From Mobula hypostoma (taxonomy: Eukaryota), in contig NC_086107.1 in NCBI RefSeq assembly GCF_963921235.1, positions 46,252,001-46,316,000 of the forward strand: 64,000 nucleotides of DNA. Reading direction: 5' to 3'. Shown piece after piece: positions 47,141 through 60,094 of the stretch (the first letter of the stretch is position 1; every line of letters starts with the position of its first letter). A program made the position numbers and the translations under genes. The notes beneath the pieces are model-generated. The model made no database searches, was not told where the DNA came from, and worked only from the letters and a program-made list of their open reading frames with translations.

Positions 47141-50100
47141 ATTTTATTTGAACACATACTATCTTCAGTCCCATATCTTTCTCTTTATATGTTTATTTTA
47201 TCTTGCCTAAAGATAACAAAAAATAGAAATAAAATCAATTTATTCACACAGTAGACAGCAGAGTTCTAAACTTTGGGAATTATAAGAGCATGTTTTTCAA
47301 ACATGTGCACTCACTTCAAAATGTCTTCTACCTAAACTATTGACAATCTTTTTGCAGTTCAGGATTTACATCCAGGATTTTTTTTCTTAGGAATGTTCTA
47401 AGTTGCATCAAAACAAGGATCAAGCAAAAGTTCTAACGGTCCTTTATTTATACAGAAATGGCATCTCTGTCAGCAATGTTCTGGATTTCAAGATAAATTT
47501 AATGGTATCAGCCCCACAAATTCTGTAGCCAAATGAGCAAATCAGTCTTGAGTGGTATCAACTTTAAATTTACCACCTCAACAGGGAATACTACTTTCAG
47601 TGATACTTCCTATCCAATATCAGCACCAGTTCTCCTTTACAGTTACATACAGACAGCTAGAGAATACATAATTACTACCTCACTCATTTCCTCTGCTTTC
47701 TCAAGTAGCCCTCTGTTGTGTATTTAAAATTTCAATAATATTTGAGTAATCATGTATATATATTGGTTGATTAACCTTATTTGTTTGCTTGAGTAATTTG
47801 TTACAGGTTATATGTAAAATATGTGAAATGCATACATCATCATGCTACCACATGATATGTGCAGCCCTCATCTAAAGTAAACCCATAGTTAGACTCACAT
47901 TTCAGACTCCCAAGTCTTCCTTTCAATTAATTAAATATTCTGAAGTTACAAAACATAACATTAGCAATGAGGTATTTTTAAAGTGAACCCAAGATAGCTG
48001 CTAACCTGTTAAAATGCAGTGAGACATTAAAAACTAAAAAAAAACAGTGAGGGAAAAAAAAAGAGCCCAGCATGTGCAGAGATGCCGAGATAAAACTAAA
48101 GGCTGTAAACAGAAGAATACAGGGTTGTAAAGAGTGAGTATCAGGTGATAATAGTCATTTTCAAAAATCAGAAATGGCTGACTACATTGCAAAGTTTGAC
48201 AAGTTTGATTCCACAGTTGCTGATGTGTGCTGAGCTATTGGAACAGTATCTTGAAGCAAATGAATTAGTCAATGAGATGACTGCTAAATTTGTTGAGTGG
48301 ATTGGGTTTAAAGGCATACAGTTTGCTTCAAAGTTTAACTGCTCCAACTAATCTGAAATTAGCTTTGCTGATATTGTCAAAGTAATGCAGGGACACTTAG
48401 AACTGAAGCCATTGTTCATTACAGAAAGCTTTAGGTTTCATAAGTGAAATCAAAAAGAAGGGGAGTCTATTTTAGCATATGCAGCTGAACGGAAGTGTTT
48501 GTCTTATAATCGTCAGTTTGGTAATAGCCTTAACAAAGCACTGAGAGATCATTTAGTTTGTGGAATTTTTGAAAGAAATATTTCAAAAATGGCTCCTGAC
48601 TGAAGCATAACTTATATTTAAAAGAGCAGTTGAAATTGCTGTTTGAATGGAAACTGCAGACAGATGCAATTGGGTTGTAGTCACGAATGAAAATGAGCAT
48701 GAACAAAACTGCAGCATCTAAACAGAAACCAGCTTGGCTAAACAAATTGTCGTACTGTTGTGGCAGGGGCGCACATACATCAAACGAGTGCAGATTTAAA
48801 GGTGAAACTTGCAGAGAACGCAACACAGCAGGTCATATACAACGAGCTTGTTGGGCAAACAAAAATAAATGGGCTGCGCGGAGAAGAAAAAAGATTAAAA
48901 AGTCAAGTTGCAGTTTCAAAAAGATCACTAATCTGCACATCATTGAGGAAAATTCTGATTATGATATGAATGACACAAGACTGTGTAGCCTTAAGATTTA
49001 CTGAATAAAAATTAACAATAGACAGGCAATATGGCTGCGCCAGAAGCGAACAGCAAATTAATTAAAATGGTAGTAGACACTGGTTCGGCTGTCTCAGTCA
49101 TTCCACAAAACGAGTTTGAGAGGCATTTCAAAGATAGTAAACTGAAGCCTGCAGATATCCAACTTAGAACTTATACTGGAGGAAAGATAACTCCTGTGGG
49201 AATTACATTTGTAATAGCATTGAGGTTGTATGTGATTGGTATAAGACGGTAAAAACAGATGGACCAACATTGCAGAGGCATAATTAGCTGAGACAACTAC
49301 AACTTGATTGGAGATCCATCCACAACTTGCATGCCACATCCTCTGCAATGAAACCATATGAAAGCAAATTAAGAAAAGTACTGGATGATGCCACAGCAGT
49401 GTTCAAGGATGGCATTGGAAAATGCAAAGGCATCAAGGGTTAATAGTGTTAAATGAAAATGCTGCACCTAAGTTTTACAAAGTCCATCCGGTTCCTTACA
49501 CCATCTGTGATAAAGTAGCCAGAGAGCCAGATCACATGGAGGCTGAAGGAATTCTTTCCAAGTTCGAGTGGAACCAATGACAACAACAGTGGTCCTAGTA
49601 GCCAAGAAGAATGGATCTGTCAGAATCTGTTGTCTTTTTGAAGTTACCATCAACCGGGTACTGAAAGTAGATCAATACTCTCTGCCCAGGATAGAGGGCA
49701 TCTTTGCAAATCTTTCTGGAGGAAAACAGTTCAGCAAAGTGGATATCGCTGAAGCCTACTTGCAGATGGAGATGAAAGAAGAGCACAAAATGTTTCACAC
49801 CAGAAACACTCACAAAGGGCTTTATCACTATAATAGGCTTATTTTCTGAGCAGCATCTGCACCTGCACTCTGGCAAAAAGGTGCTGCAAGCCTGCCCAGG
49901 CACTCAGTGTTACCGGCATGATGTCATTGTAAGGATGACAAGGAAATCCTGCAGACAGCGTTAAAAAGATTAGAAGATTATGGCATCAGAGCATGATGTG
50001 ACAGAGGTGAATTCTTCAAATCAAGCATCACTTATTGTGCTCAAATGATTGCTGCACTAGGATTACACGAGTATCATGAGAAAATTCAAGCAGCAGTATG

Positions 50101-50284
50101 TTGATAATACAAATCAGTGAATTCAAATGAATCAAGGACAGTGGAAGCAGACAGACTAATTGTCTTTGTTCTTGCCGCGTGCTTGGGGATGGAAGCTGCC
50201 ATTTTATGAAGACATTCTGTTCTCTATTTTGTGAGCTTGAAGTGCTTGGCTTGATCAATGTTTTAAAGAAGACTTACTCGAGTT

Positions 50285-51178
50285 CTTTAAGGATATAATG
50301 AGCGCAGTGCATAAAGGAGAACAAATGGACATTATTTACTTGGAATTCCAGAAGGTGTTCGATAAGGTGCCACATAAAGGACTTATTCATAAGATAAGGA
50401 TGCATAGAGTTGGAATGATGTACTAGCCTGGACAGAGGACTGGATAACTAATAGAAAACGAAGAGTTGGGATGCATGGGTGTAACTTTGGTTGGCAATCA
50501 GTGGTGAGCAGTGTGCCGCAGGGGTCCGTGTTGGGCCTGCAACTGTTCACGATATATATTAATGATCTGGAAGAGGGGATGGAGTGTAGTTTATCTAAGT
50601 TTGCTAATGACACTAAATTGAGTGGAAAAGCAAATTGTGCAGAAGGTACAGAGAGTCTGCAGAGAGATTTAGATAGGTTCAGTGAGTGGGCGAGGGTCTG
50701 GCGAATGGAGTACAATGTTGGTAAATGCGAGGTCATCCACTTTGGAAGGAAAAATGAAAGAGCAGATTATTATTTAAATGATGTGCAGAGTGACTTGGGA
50801 GTGCTTGTGTATGAATCAACCTTTGCAAATGCAGCAGACTATCAAGAATGCAGTGCTCCTGATATCAATGTTGGTCTTCATTGCTAGAGGGATTGAATTG
50901 AAATTAGAACAGGGAGGTTATGCTGCAACTGTACAAGGTACTGGTGAGGCCGCACCTGGAGTACTGCATGCAGTTTTCGTCTCCTTACTTGAGGAAGGAT
51001 ATACTGGCTTTGGAGGTGGCTCAGAGGAGGTTCACCTGGTTGATCCCAGAGATGAGGGGTTTAGACTATGAGGAGGGATTGGGTCGCCTGGGACTGTACT
51101 CACTGGAATTCTGAAGAATGAGAGGAGATCCTATGGAAACATATAAAATTATGAAAGGGATAGATAAGATAGAGGCAG
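50285..51178 (+). mobile_element. CR1 RT/3' fragment nested in Gypsy element
   Basis: [12 protein letters not shown] and LVRPHLEYC fragments (50471-51114). Confidence 0.85.
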
Positions 51179-52330
51179 TAAACACAAAATAATCTGCAGA
51201 TACTGGGGTCAAAGCAACAGTCACAACACGCTGGAGGAACTCAGCAGGTCGGGCAGCATCCGTGGAAACGATCAGTCGACGTTTCAGGCCGGAACCCTTC
51301 GTCAGGACTGTAGAGGGAAGGGGCAGAGGCCCTATAAAGAAGGTGGGGGGAGGGTGGGAAGGAGAAAGCTGGTAGGTTCCAGGTGAAAAACCAGTAAGGG
51401 GAAAGATAAAGGGGTGGGGGAGGGGAGTCATGGAGGTGATAGGCAGGAGAGGTGAAGAAAGAATAGGGGAAAACACAATGGGTAGTAGAAGAAGGCGGAG
51501 CCAAGAGGGGGGTGGTAGGCAGCTGGGGGGAGGGGCAGAGTGACGTAGGGATAGGGGAAGGGAGGGGGAGGGAATTACCGGAAGTTGGAGAATTCTATGT
51601 TCATACCAAGGGGCTGGAGACTACCTAGACGGTATATGAGGTGTTGCTCCTCTAACCTGAGTTTGGCCTCATCATGGCAGTAGAGGAGGCCATGTACGGA
51701 CATATCTCAATGGAAGTGGGAAGCAGAGTTGAAGTGGGTGGCTACTGGGAGATCCTGTCTGTTTTGGCGGATGGCGTGGAGGTGCTCGATGAAGCGGTCC
51801 CCCAATCTGCGTCAGGTTTCACCGATGTAGAGGAGGCCGCACCGGGAGCACTGGATGCAATAGATGACCCCAACAGACTCACAAGTGAAGTGTTGCCTCA
51901 CTTGGAAGTACTGTTTGGGGCCCTGAATGGTGGCAAGAGAGGAGGTGTAGGGACAGGTGTAGCACTTGCGCTTACAGGGATAAGTGCCAGGTGGGAGATC
52001 TGTGGGGAGGGAAGTGTGGACCAGGGAGTCGCGGAGGGACTGATCCCTGCGGAAGGTGGAGAGGGGTGGAGAGGGAAAGATGTGCTTAGTGGTGGGGTCC
52101 TGTTGTACAACAGGGACAGAGCTTCCCTTGTCCTCACCTACCACCCCACTAGCCTCCGGATCCAACACATTATCCTCCGCAACTTCCGTCACCTTCAACA
52201 GGACCCCACCACTAAGCACATCTTTCCCCCTTCACCCCTCTCCACCTTCTGCAGGGATCGGTCCCTCCGCAACTCCCTGGTCCACACGGCCCTCCCCACG
52301 GATCTCCTACCTGGCACTTATCCCTGTCAC
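51179..52330 (-). mobile_element. Penelope-like element: pLTR, GIY-YIG domain and an inverted 5' segment
   Basis: ORF 51812-52219 ends VIYCIQCSRCGLLYIGET; orientation flips at ~52105; the pLTR carries a hammerhead motif. Confidence 0.85.
51274..51309 (-). ncRNA. Minimal type I hammerhead ribozyme motif
   Basis: Minus strand AGTC-CTGACGA-AGGGTTCCGGCCT-GAAAC-GTC-GACT. Confidence 0.75.
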
Positions 52331-53439
52331 ATGTTATGAGCGATGGAAGTAAATGCCCCATAGCCTTTGCATCACATCCCTTACTGCTGCAGAGAAAAAT
52401 TACATACAGATTGACAGAGAGGCCTTGAGTCTGGTTTGCAGTGTAAAACATTTCAATCAGTACCTGTTTGGAAAAGAGTTTCCCTTCATTACTGATCACC
52501 ATCCACTGGTGTCCGCAGATTGATGTCCCACTAACAATAGCAGCATGAATGTGGCGATGGGCTCCATTTCTGGGAGGACACAACTACAAGATTGAATTTA
52601 AGGAGATGACTAATCATGGATTGTCCTATTTACCCTTGATGTCTTCTCCCTCATGGAAATCGAGAGTCTCCGTATTATGGCAGAGATGATCCAAAGGGAA
52701 ACCAGAAAAAGGGGGCTGAAATGGCTGGAATGTACAACAGAAACTCCAGTTTCCCCATTTTTACCAGTGCTGAGATGAACCTGACCTTGATAGAGTTTGC
52801 CTTATGTGGGGATAGAGTTGTCGTAGTGTCCAAGCTGAGAGCTAAAGTATTGGTAGAGCTGCATGTTAGTCACCTAGGTGCGGTTAAAATGAAAGCATTG
52901 GCTCAAAGCTTTGTCTGGTGGCCTGGAATAGATCAGCAGCTTGCCATGCACTGTACAGAGTGCCGACATGTCCAGAATAGGCCAAGAGCAGCACCTCTCC
53001 ATCCCTATGAATGGCTTGTATTGCCTTGGCGGAGGATTCATATGGAATTTGCCTAACATTCCTGGGCACAAATTTCTTGGTAGCAGTGGATACAGCTACA
53101 ATAAAGCCAGGAGTGTTCCTAATAGCTTCCACTACAGCTTCGCACACTGTTGATGTGTTGAGAAGCCTCCTCACAAGGACTGGTGTCCAGAACACTTAGT
53201 TAGTGACAATGGACCACAGTTTCAATCATTCATAAAAATGAATGGAATAAGACATATTAGATCTGAACTATATCACCCAGCTACAAATGGCTTGATAGAA
53301 TGTTTTGTCCAGAGTCTAAAGAACACACTGAGTAACGTCAGCAGAACCCACTACACTAACACTGAACCAGAAGCTCTCCAATTTCCTCCTTGCATATCGT
53401 AATGCAGCACACTCCATAACCAACAATTGAACAGCTATG

Positions 53440-54764
53440 TGTCATGGTCCGGATCAGGATCCCTTTAAATTTACCTTGTTTATGTTACGACCCAGACCGT
53501 TGATTCCCTGTTTTCCCGTGTCTCTCGACTTTGGTGATTAACACTCAGCTGAACCGGTAGTTTATAGTCTCCGGCTTTCAGCCATTTGGCGTGGGAACGT
53601 TTGCAAAGTCACCAAGGTACGGCATGCCAATGTCATCTGGCCGGAGCAAGCCTAGTCTCCGCCCGAAGCGAGTGCCGGTAATTCGCCTTTCCTCACCGGA
53701 GCAACCGTGTCAAGTTACCCCACTAAAGCGAGCCTGCTAAGTTTCCTCACCGAGGTGGGTCTGTCAGTTAATCCGCCAGAGGGAATCAAGAACTGCTGTC
53801 TACTGTTCCCGGGCCGAGTCGAGAGCTCGCCACTACCTGGAGGTTCCAAGTCAAGTCCTGGCTCCGGCGGCATTCAAGCACCAAGTCAAGTCCTGACCCT
53901 GGCAGCCTTCAAGCACCAAGTCAAGTCCTGGCCCTGGCAGCTTCCCAGTTCTGAGTCAAGTCCTGGCCCTGGCGGTCTGTGATTCCTGTCCTACTCCCTT
54001 GTCTGAATCCCTTCTCTGCCCCTCTCACCTCTAGCCCTCGTCTGCAGCCCCCGCCTGCACTTCGGTCTAATTCCATCACCAGAGCTAGACAGGTACTGTC
54101 TGGTGTTCATTCGTGTTGGTCTTGTCTTGTCTTGCCCTTGCCTCCATGAGGTAAGTCTGGCCGTCTTGCCGTTGCCTCGTGGGGAGTCATGTCTTGTCGT
54201 GCTTTGTCCTCGCCTCCGTGGAGTAAGTCAGGCAGTCTTGCCGTTGCCCCGCGGAGGGTCATGAGTCCCAGCCCTATGTCCTGTACCCAAGGAGGGGTCC
54301 CGGCTCTCTGTTCCATGTGCGAGTCCCGGCCCTATGTCCTGTACCCAAGGAGGGGTCCCAACTCTGTTTTCTGTGTATGTGTCCATGGCTCAATGTACCT
54401 GCTCCCCGAGACCGAGGCTCTGTGTTTCCATGTTCCTCCTCTCCCTAGCCCATGTCATATCCATGCCTGGTTCTGGGGTCCGAGTCCGATGCAAGACCCA
54501 GGTACTGGGTCCTTGCCCAGTCTTGGGCTCGGAGTCCATACCCTAGCTTCTTCATGTCTCCTCTAGTTCTGGGATCCGATTCCGAGTCCAAGCCCAGACC
54601 CCTAGTCCCAGCCTAGTCGTAGTCCTGAGTCCTTGTCCAGTTCGCTACTCCTGCTCCTGCCTTGCTCTCCTGGTATCAAAGAATAAACTAAGTCTAAGTA
54701 ACCTCACAAGATGTGTCTTGCATTTGGGTCCACCCTTGCTCCCTATGCCCCCACCACTGTGACA
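53440..54764 (+). mobile_element. 1.3-kb solo LTR with internal tandem repeats
   Basis: TGTCA...TGACA ends; flanks CTATG / CTCTG; AATAAA at ~54682; repeats of CCAAGTCAAGTCCTG and CCCTATGTCCTGTACCCAAGGAGGGGTCCC; interrupts the host Gypsy integrase. Confidence 0.75.
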
Positions 54765-55324
54765 CTCTGTTGCTCCAGGTTCATCCCTTGCAATCATGCT
54801 TGGATCTCCTCAAACCCAATCTTCGAAGGAGGATGCAGGACAAACAGCTGAGATGAATTGAAACTCCTCAAACAAAGAGGATCGAAGTTTCACTCCTGGA
54901 AAAGCAGTCCTGGAGGGGGACTACAGAGGTGATCAAAATTGGGTACTCAGAAAGATTAGGGACAGAACTGGACCACACTCCTGCACAGTGGAGAATCATC
55001 TGGAAGTGATACATCGATCCATTGAGGAGAGCAGAGTCAATTAATAGAGAAGAAAGTTGGCTACAGCTAACAGAACCACTTCCTGCTGTCTCAGAGTCAC
55101 CTCCTACAATCACCATGAGGAGGCCCCAGAACCTGAGATCGTTCCACAGACATAAAACTCACCTACCAAGCAGAGTGATCACCCTTGTCAGTAAAGACGT
55201 TATCCCACAAGAGTAAGAAATCCTCCACAACGATTAAATCTTTAGGCCTGAATGGGACAACTTAAAATGTACTATGCTATGGATGACCATTTATAGGAGT
55301 TGTATTATATATGTACTGTGTACA

Positions 55325-57510
55325 CAGACCATAAGATGTAGGCGCAGAATTAGGCTATTTGGCCCATCGAGCCTTCTCCACCATTTCATTATGGTTGATC
55401 CAATTTTTTTTTCTCAGCCCTAATCTCCTGCCTTCTCCCTGTATCTTTCCATGACCTGACCAATCAAGAATCTATCAACCCCTGCCTTAAATATACATAA
55501 GGACTTGGCCTTCACAGCCGCCTATGGCAAAGAATTCCACAGATTCACCACTCTCCAGCTAAAGAAATCTCTCTTCATCTCTGTTCTAAAAGGACACCCC
55601 TAAATTCTGAGACTATGTCCTCTGGTCTTAGATTCTACCTGCATTGGAAACACCCTCTCCACATCCAGTCTATCAAGGCCTTTCACCATTCAATAGGTTT
55701 CAATAAGCCCACCCCTCATTCTTCTGAATTCTAGTGAACACAGGCCCAGACCAAACACTCTTCATATGGCAAGCCATTCAATCCTGGAATCATTTTCATG
55801 AACCTCCTTTAAACCCTCTCCAGTTCCAGCATATCCTTTCTAAGATAAGGAGCCCAAAACTGCTCACAATACTCCAAGTCAGGCCTCACCAGTGCTTCAT
55901 AAAGTCTCAACATTACATCCTTGCTTTTATGTTCTAGTCCTCTTGAAATGAATACTAACATTGCATTTGCCTTCCTTACCACAGACTCAACCTGCAAATT
56001 AACCTTTAGGGAATCCTACACAAGTACTCCCAAGTTCCTTTGCGCCTCCATTTTTTTTTGTTATTTTCTCTCCATTTAGAAAATAGTCAACCCTTTCAAT
56101 TCCTCTAACAAAGTGCATGTCCATACACTTTCTGACACTGTATTCCTTCTGCCATTTCTTTGCCCATTCTCCTAATCTGTCCAAGTCTTTCTGTAGCCTC
56201 GCTACTTCCTCAAAGCTACTGGCCCCTCCACCTATTTTCATGCCATCTGCAAACTTTGTCACAAAGCCATCAATTCCATCATCCAAATCATTGACATATG
56301 ATGTAAGAAGAATTGTTCCGAACCCAGACTCCTGTGGAACAACACTCGTCACTGGCAACCAACAAAAAAAGGCTCCCTTTATTCCCACTATTTGCTTCCT
56401 GCTTTATCCGTGCCAGAATCTTTCCTGTAATACCATGGGCTTGTAACTTGTTAAGCAGCCTCATGTGTGGCACCATGTCAAAATCCTTCTGAAAATCCAA
56501 GTATACAACATCAACCAATTCTCCTTTGTCTATCCTGCTTGTCCTGCTTGTTGTTTCTTCAAAAAATTCCAACAGGTTTGTCATGCAAGATTTTCCCTTG
56601 AGGAGACCATGCTGACTACGGCCTATTTTATCATGTGCCTCCAAGTTCCCTGAGACTTTATCCTTGATAATCGACTCCAACATCTTCCCATTCTCTGAGG
56701 TCGGACTAACTGGCCTATAGTTTCCTTAATTCTACCTCTCTCCCTTCTTGAAGAGTGGAGTGACATTTGCAATTTTCCTGTCTTTCAGTACCATTCTAGA
56801 ATCTAGTGATTCTTGAAAGATCATTACTAATGTCTCCACAATCATTTCAGACACCTCTTTCAGAACCTTGGAATGTACACCATCTGGTCCAGGTGACTTA
56901 TCTACCTTCAGACCTTTCAGATTCCCAATAATTATCTCTCTAGTAATGGTATCTTCACATACTTCATGACCCCTGATGCCTAGAATTTCGACCATACTGC
57001 TAGTGTCTTCCACAGTGAAGACTGATGCAAAATACTCATTCAATTCATCTGCACTTTCCTTGTCCCCCATTACTACCTCTCCAGCATAATTTTCCTGGTG
57101 TCCAATATTCATTTTTGCCTATCTTTTACCCTTTATGTATCTGTAGAAACTTTTGGTATCCTCTTTCTTACTATTGGCTAGCTTACTTTCATATTCCATC
57201 CTTACCTTCTTAGTGACATTTTCAGTTGCCTTCTGTTAGTAATTTTTGCTCTATTATATGTCCTCTCTTTGGCTTTTATGCTGGCTTTGACTTCTCTTGT
57301 TAGCCATGATTGTGGCATCTTTCCTTTAGAATACTTCTTCCTCTTTGGAATGTATACATCCTGTGCCTTCTACATTGCTTCCAGAAAATCCAACCATTGC
57401 TACTCTGCCATCATCCCTGCCAGTGTTTTTTTTCTATCAATTCTGGCCAACTCTTCTCATGCCTCTGTAATTCCCTTTACTCTACTGTAATATTGTTACA
57501 TCATCTGACT
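55325..57510 (-). mobile_element. CR1 LINE 3' half, decayed, nested in Gypsy 3' UTR
   Basis: RT fragments 55809-57112 (GPDG, QHG, FADG); CATAAGA-type tail at ~55330. Confidence 0.85.
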
Positions 57511-58772
57511 TTTGCTTCTATAGTTGAGATGAATTCTATATTGAGTTGGAGTTCATAGCTAAACAGACAGAAGTGTTGTGTATTTAATATTTCAATAATA
57601 TTTGAGTAATCTTGTATATATATTGGTTGATGAAGCATTTTTGTTCATTTAAATAATTCATTACGTGTAATATGTAACAATGCATGAATTGCATGTCATC
57701 ACTTCGCTTAAAGTAAACTTGAAGTTACATCCGCATTCCTGAACTTCCATGTCTTCCTTTGAATTTACAAACCGAAACAGCCTCAAACATCCTTTAAGCT
57801 TTATTTTAATGTTTGTATATGACATGGGTTCCCTTTTTTGTTATCACTACCCGCTTCTCCTTTTTGCTCTCAGTTTTATTATTTTTCCCTCCTTGCAGTG
57901 TTACTTTGCAATGCCTCCCAATTTAAAGCTTAACTGAAGTGAATGCCTTCCTCTTAACTCTTTGTTTACTTGATTGCTCCCTGTTCTTTTCAAATATGAC
58001 TCTAAGTATAGTATTTTTGATCATCCTATACTCTTGCACAGTTTGCCATATTTTATTACCAAAAGCTGAACTCTGACTATTTATTATTTGACAGTTGATG
58101 ATTTATTGACAGTTGATTCATTATTTCTCCCTGCTCTTGTTCCCCTCCCTCTCCAGTTTATTTCCTTTACCTCAACTGTATCTTGTCTTTCCTTGTAATA
58201 CCTTCTTGCCCACATTCGGGTCACTTCACACACCTCTTGTGATCTTTGCATTGGCTAGAAAACTCCCAACAACTCCCTTCTATTATTGTCCCCGAAATTA
58301 TGAATTAGAATTTATAAGGGTCATTGAAATCCTTCTTAGCTCTGCACTGCAGAGCTGCTTTCCAGCTAGAACAGGCAGAACTTGCAGATTTCCTGTGGCA
58401 GTTAATTTAAAACTTTAAAAGGAAATCATTACAGTTCACAGTGGAGCATCTACTTTTGGGTAATAAAAGTTCAAAAGCTATTTCATCCTCTGACTTTAAA
58501 GTTGAAATTAATTACTTTGGCATGTAATGATAGCAAAAATTCTACTTGTTTCTGAAAGGCACAACATGAATAAGAATTGTGAGATACAGTATTTACTAAA
58601 ATTGTGAAATGCAGACCTTTGATCAGGTTGGGCTTGAATTTGTGTTCACAATTCTGAAGAGGGCAGGAATCATTCCCCCAAATTCAAAAATGTGATGGAA
58701 TTTACTTCTTGGAATACCACATTCAAAGTCAGCCTTCTCCCGGTGATTTCTTCACCCTGATCGGCCCTTTGG

Positions 58773-58885
58773 CTGGCCAGTGGTGTAGTGGCATTAGCAG
58801 CGGACTTCGAGTTAAATGCTCATGGGTTAGAATACACTTTCCATTCATGCTGGGTTGTGCAGCTCGCAACTCGGACAAAAAAAAG
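58773..58885 (+). mobile_element. tRNA-derived SINE remnant
   Basis: A-box TGGTGTAGTGG, degenerate B-box GGTTAGAATAC, A-rich tail; cannot form a full cloverleaf. Confidence 0.55.
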
Positions 58886-58951
58886 AGACAAAAAATGCAA
58901 AGGAAATAGCAAGGTTGCCGCCCAATGCGCCACAAGGCGCGGAAAGGAATT

Positions 58952-59568
58952 CAGACATCCCGCCTCTCCCAGAAGTTCCAGGAGTCTCCCGCAAATGAAT
59001 AGTGGCTCCCTGATGCCCGCAAATTATAAACAATATCACAGAAATCAATTTTTTTTGAGAGCGAGCGAGAGAAAGCACGAGAGAGCGCGAGAGCGACCAC
59101 GAGAGAGAGAGCGTGCGTGAGAGAGAGCGAGAGCGCGAGAGAGAGCATGAGAGAGAAAGCAAGCGAGAGAGAGAGAGAGAGAGTGAGCGCAAGAAAACAA
59201 GAGAGAAAGCAAGCAAGAGCGCGCCATGGCAGAGTGTTCCAAAAAAATATAAAATGTACATCACCCCAGACTACACTAAAGTGTACGTACCCCTGCCTAA
59301 TAGGGGTGAAAAATAATGACAGTGATGCTCGCTGCACTGTTTGCAACAGTGACTTTTCTATTGCCCATGGTGGGTTAAGACTGTAAAAGACATGTTGAGG
59401 TGAGTTTAACAGGTGTCATTCGTTCATTAGCATAGCTAACGTTATTTAAACTAGCTGGCTAGCTGCTGAGGAGCTACTCTGTTGCAGACATCCCACTTCT
59501 CCCGGAAGTCTCCCGCAAATTGATGGTGCTACCTCCCTGAAATGAGTTTTTGCAGGGTGGGATGTCTG
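58952..59568 (+). mobile_element. Internally deleted hAT-like DNA transposon with BED-finger remnant and GA microsatellite
   Basis: TIRs CAGACATCCCGCC / GGTGGGATGTCTG; remnant ARCTVCNSDFSIAHGG; flanked by the 6-bp direct repeat GGAATT. Confidence 0.7.
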
Positions 59569-59639
59569 GGAATTACTAACTAAGATATGCTGCTGAGGGC
59601 CATTAATTTCACAAGTTATCAAACTTACTTTATCCAAAT

Positions 59640-60090
59640 TCAAAGGTTCATTTTATTGTCAAAGTACACACGTGAAATACAACTCTGTTGTTTATCTTTT
59701 CCTGAAATCTCCACCTCCCCGTTGAAAAAAAACAGTGACAATAGCGTCTAACCTCCCCCACAGAGGGAAAAAAACCCAGTAACAATCCCCACTCGCAGAG
59801 AGAAAAAAATCCCCAACCTCCTCACCCGCAGAGAAAAAACACCGGCAATAACTATCCCGACCTCCTTGCCCACAGAAAACAGTGACAATAGCACCAAAAT
59901 CCCCAACACCCCCCACCACCAGAAAGAAAACACTGAAAAACGGAAGGAAACCAATATAAAGTACACTCCAATGATCACATAAATCTCAGAATATCGGAAA
60001 CATCTTTTCGTCCGCATACGAGGACAGCGGCCGTCAGAGCTCAGTCCTGCCGTGAAGAATGACTGCCAACCCACGTTAAAATGGCACCGA
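59640..60090 (-). mobile_element. LINE 3' UTR fragment
   Basis: Tail-like ttcaaaggttcattttattgtc start, same layout as other Rex1/L2-like 3' ends. Confidence 0.4.
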
Positions 60091-60094
60091 TCCG

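Larger units (their letters stand above)
47714..57779 (+). mobile_element. Old Ty3/Gypsy LTR retrotransposon, decayed, hosting at least four later insertions
   Basis: LTRs 47714-47960 and 57574-57779 (both begin TGTTGTGTATTTAA); flanks CCCTC / GCCTC. Fragments: zinc knuckles (48687-49004), protease VDTGS (49031 onward), RT (49568-49849), integrase LHVSHLG...VWWPGID (52721-53056). Confidence 0.85.

Noticed and set aside
53845-53975. Short spaced direct repeats resembling a CRISPR array
   Set aside because: Spacers are short and related to each other, there are no cas genes, and the array lies inside a eukaryotic solo LTR.
58773-58885. tRNA gene
   Set aside because: Only the A-box is good, no cloverleaf forms, and the A-rich tail fits a SINE.
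58845-59386. Overlapping R/E-rich and L/S-rich ORFs
   Set aside because: Produced by a GA microsatellite inside a deleted transposon.
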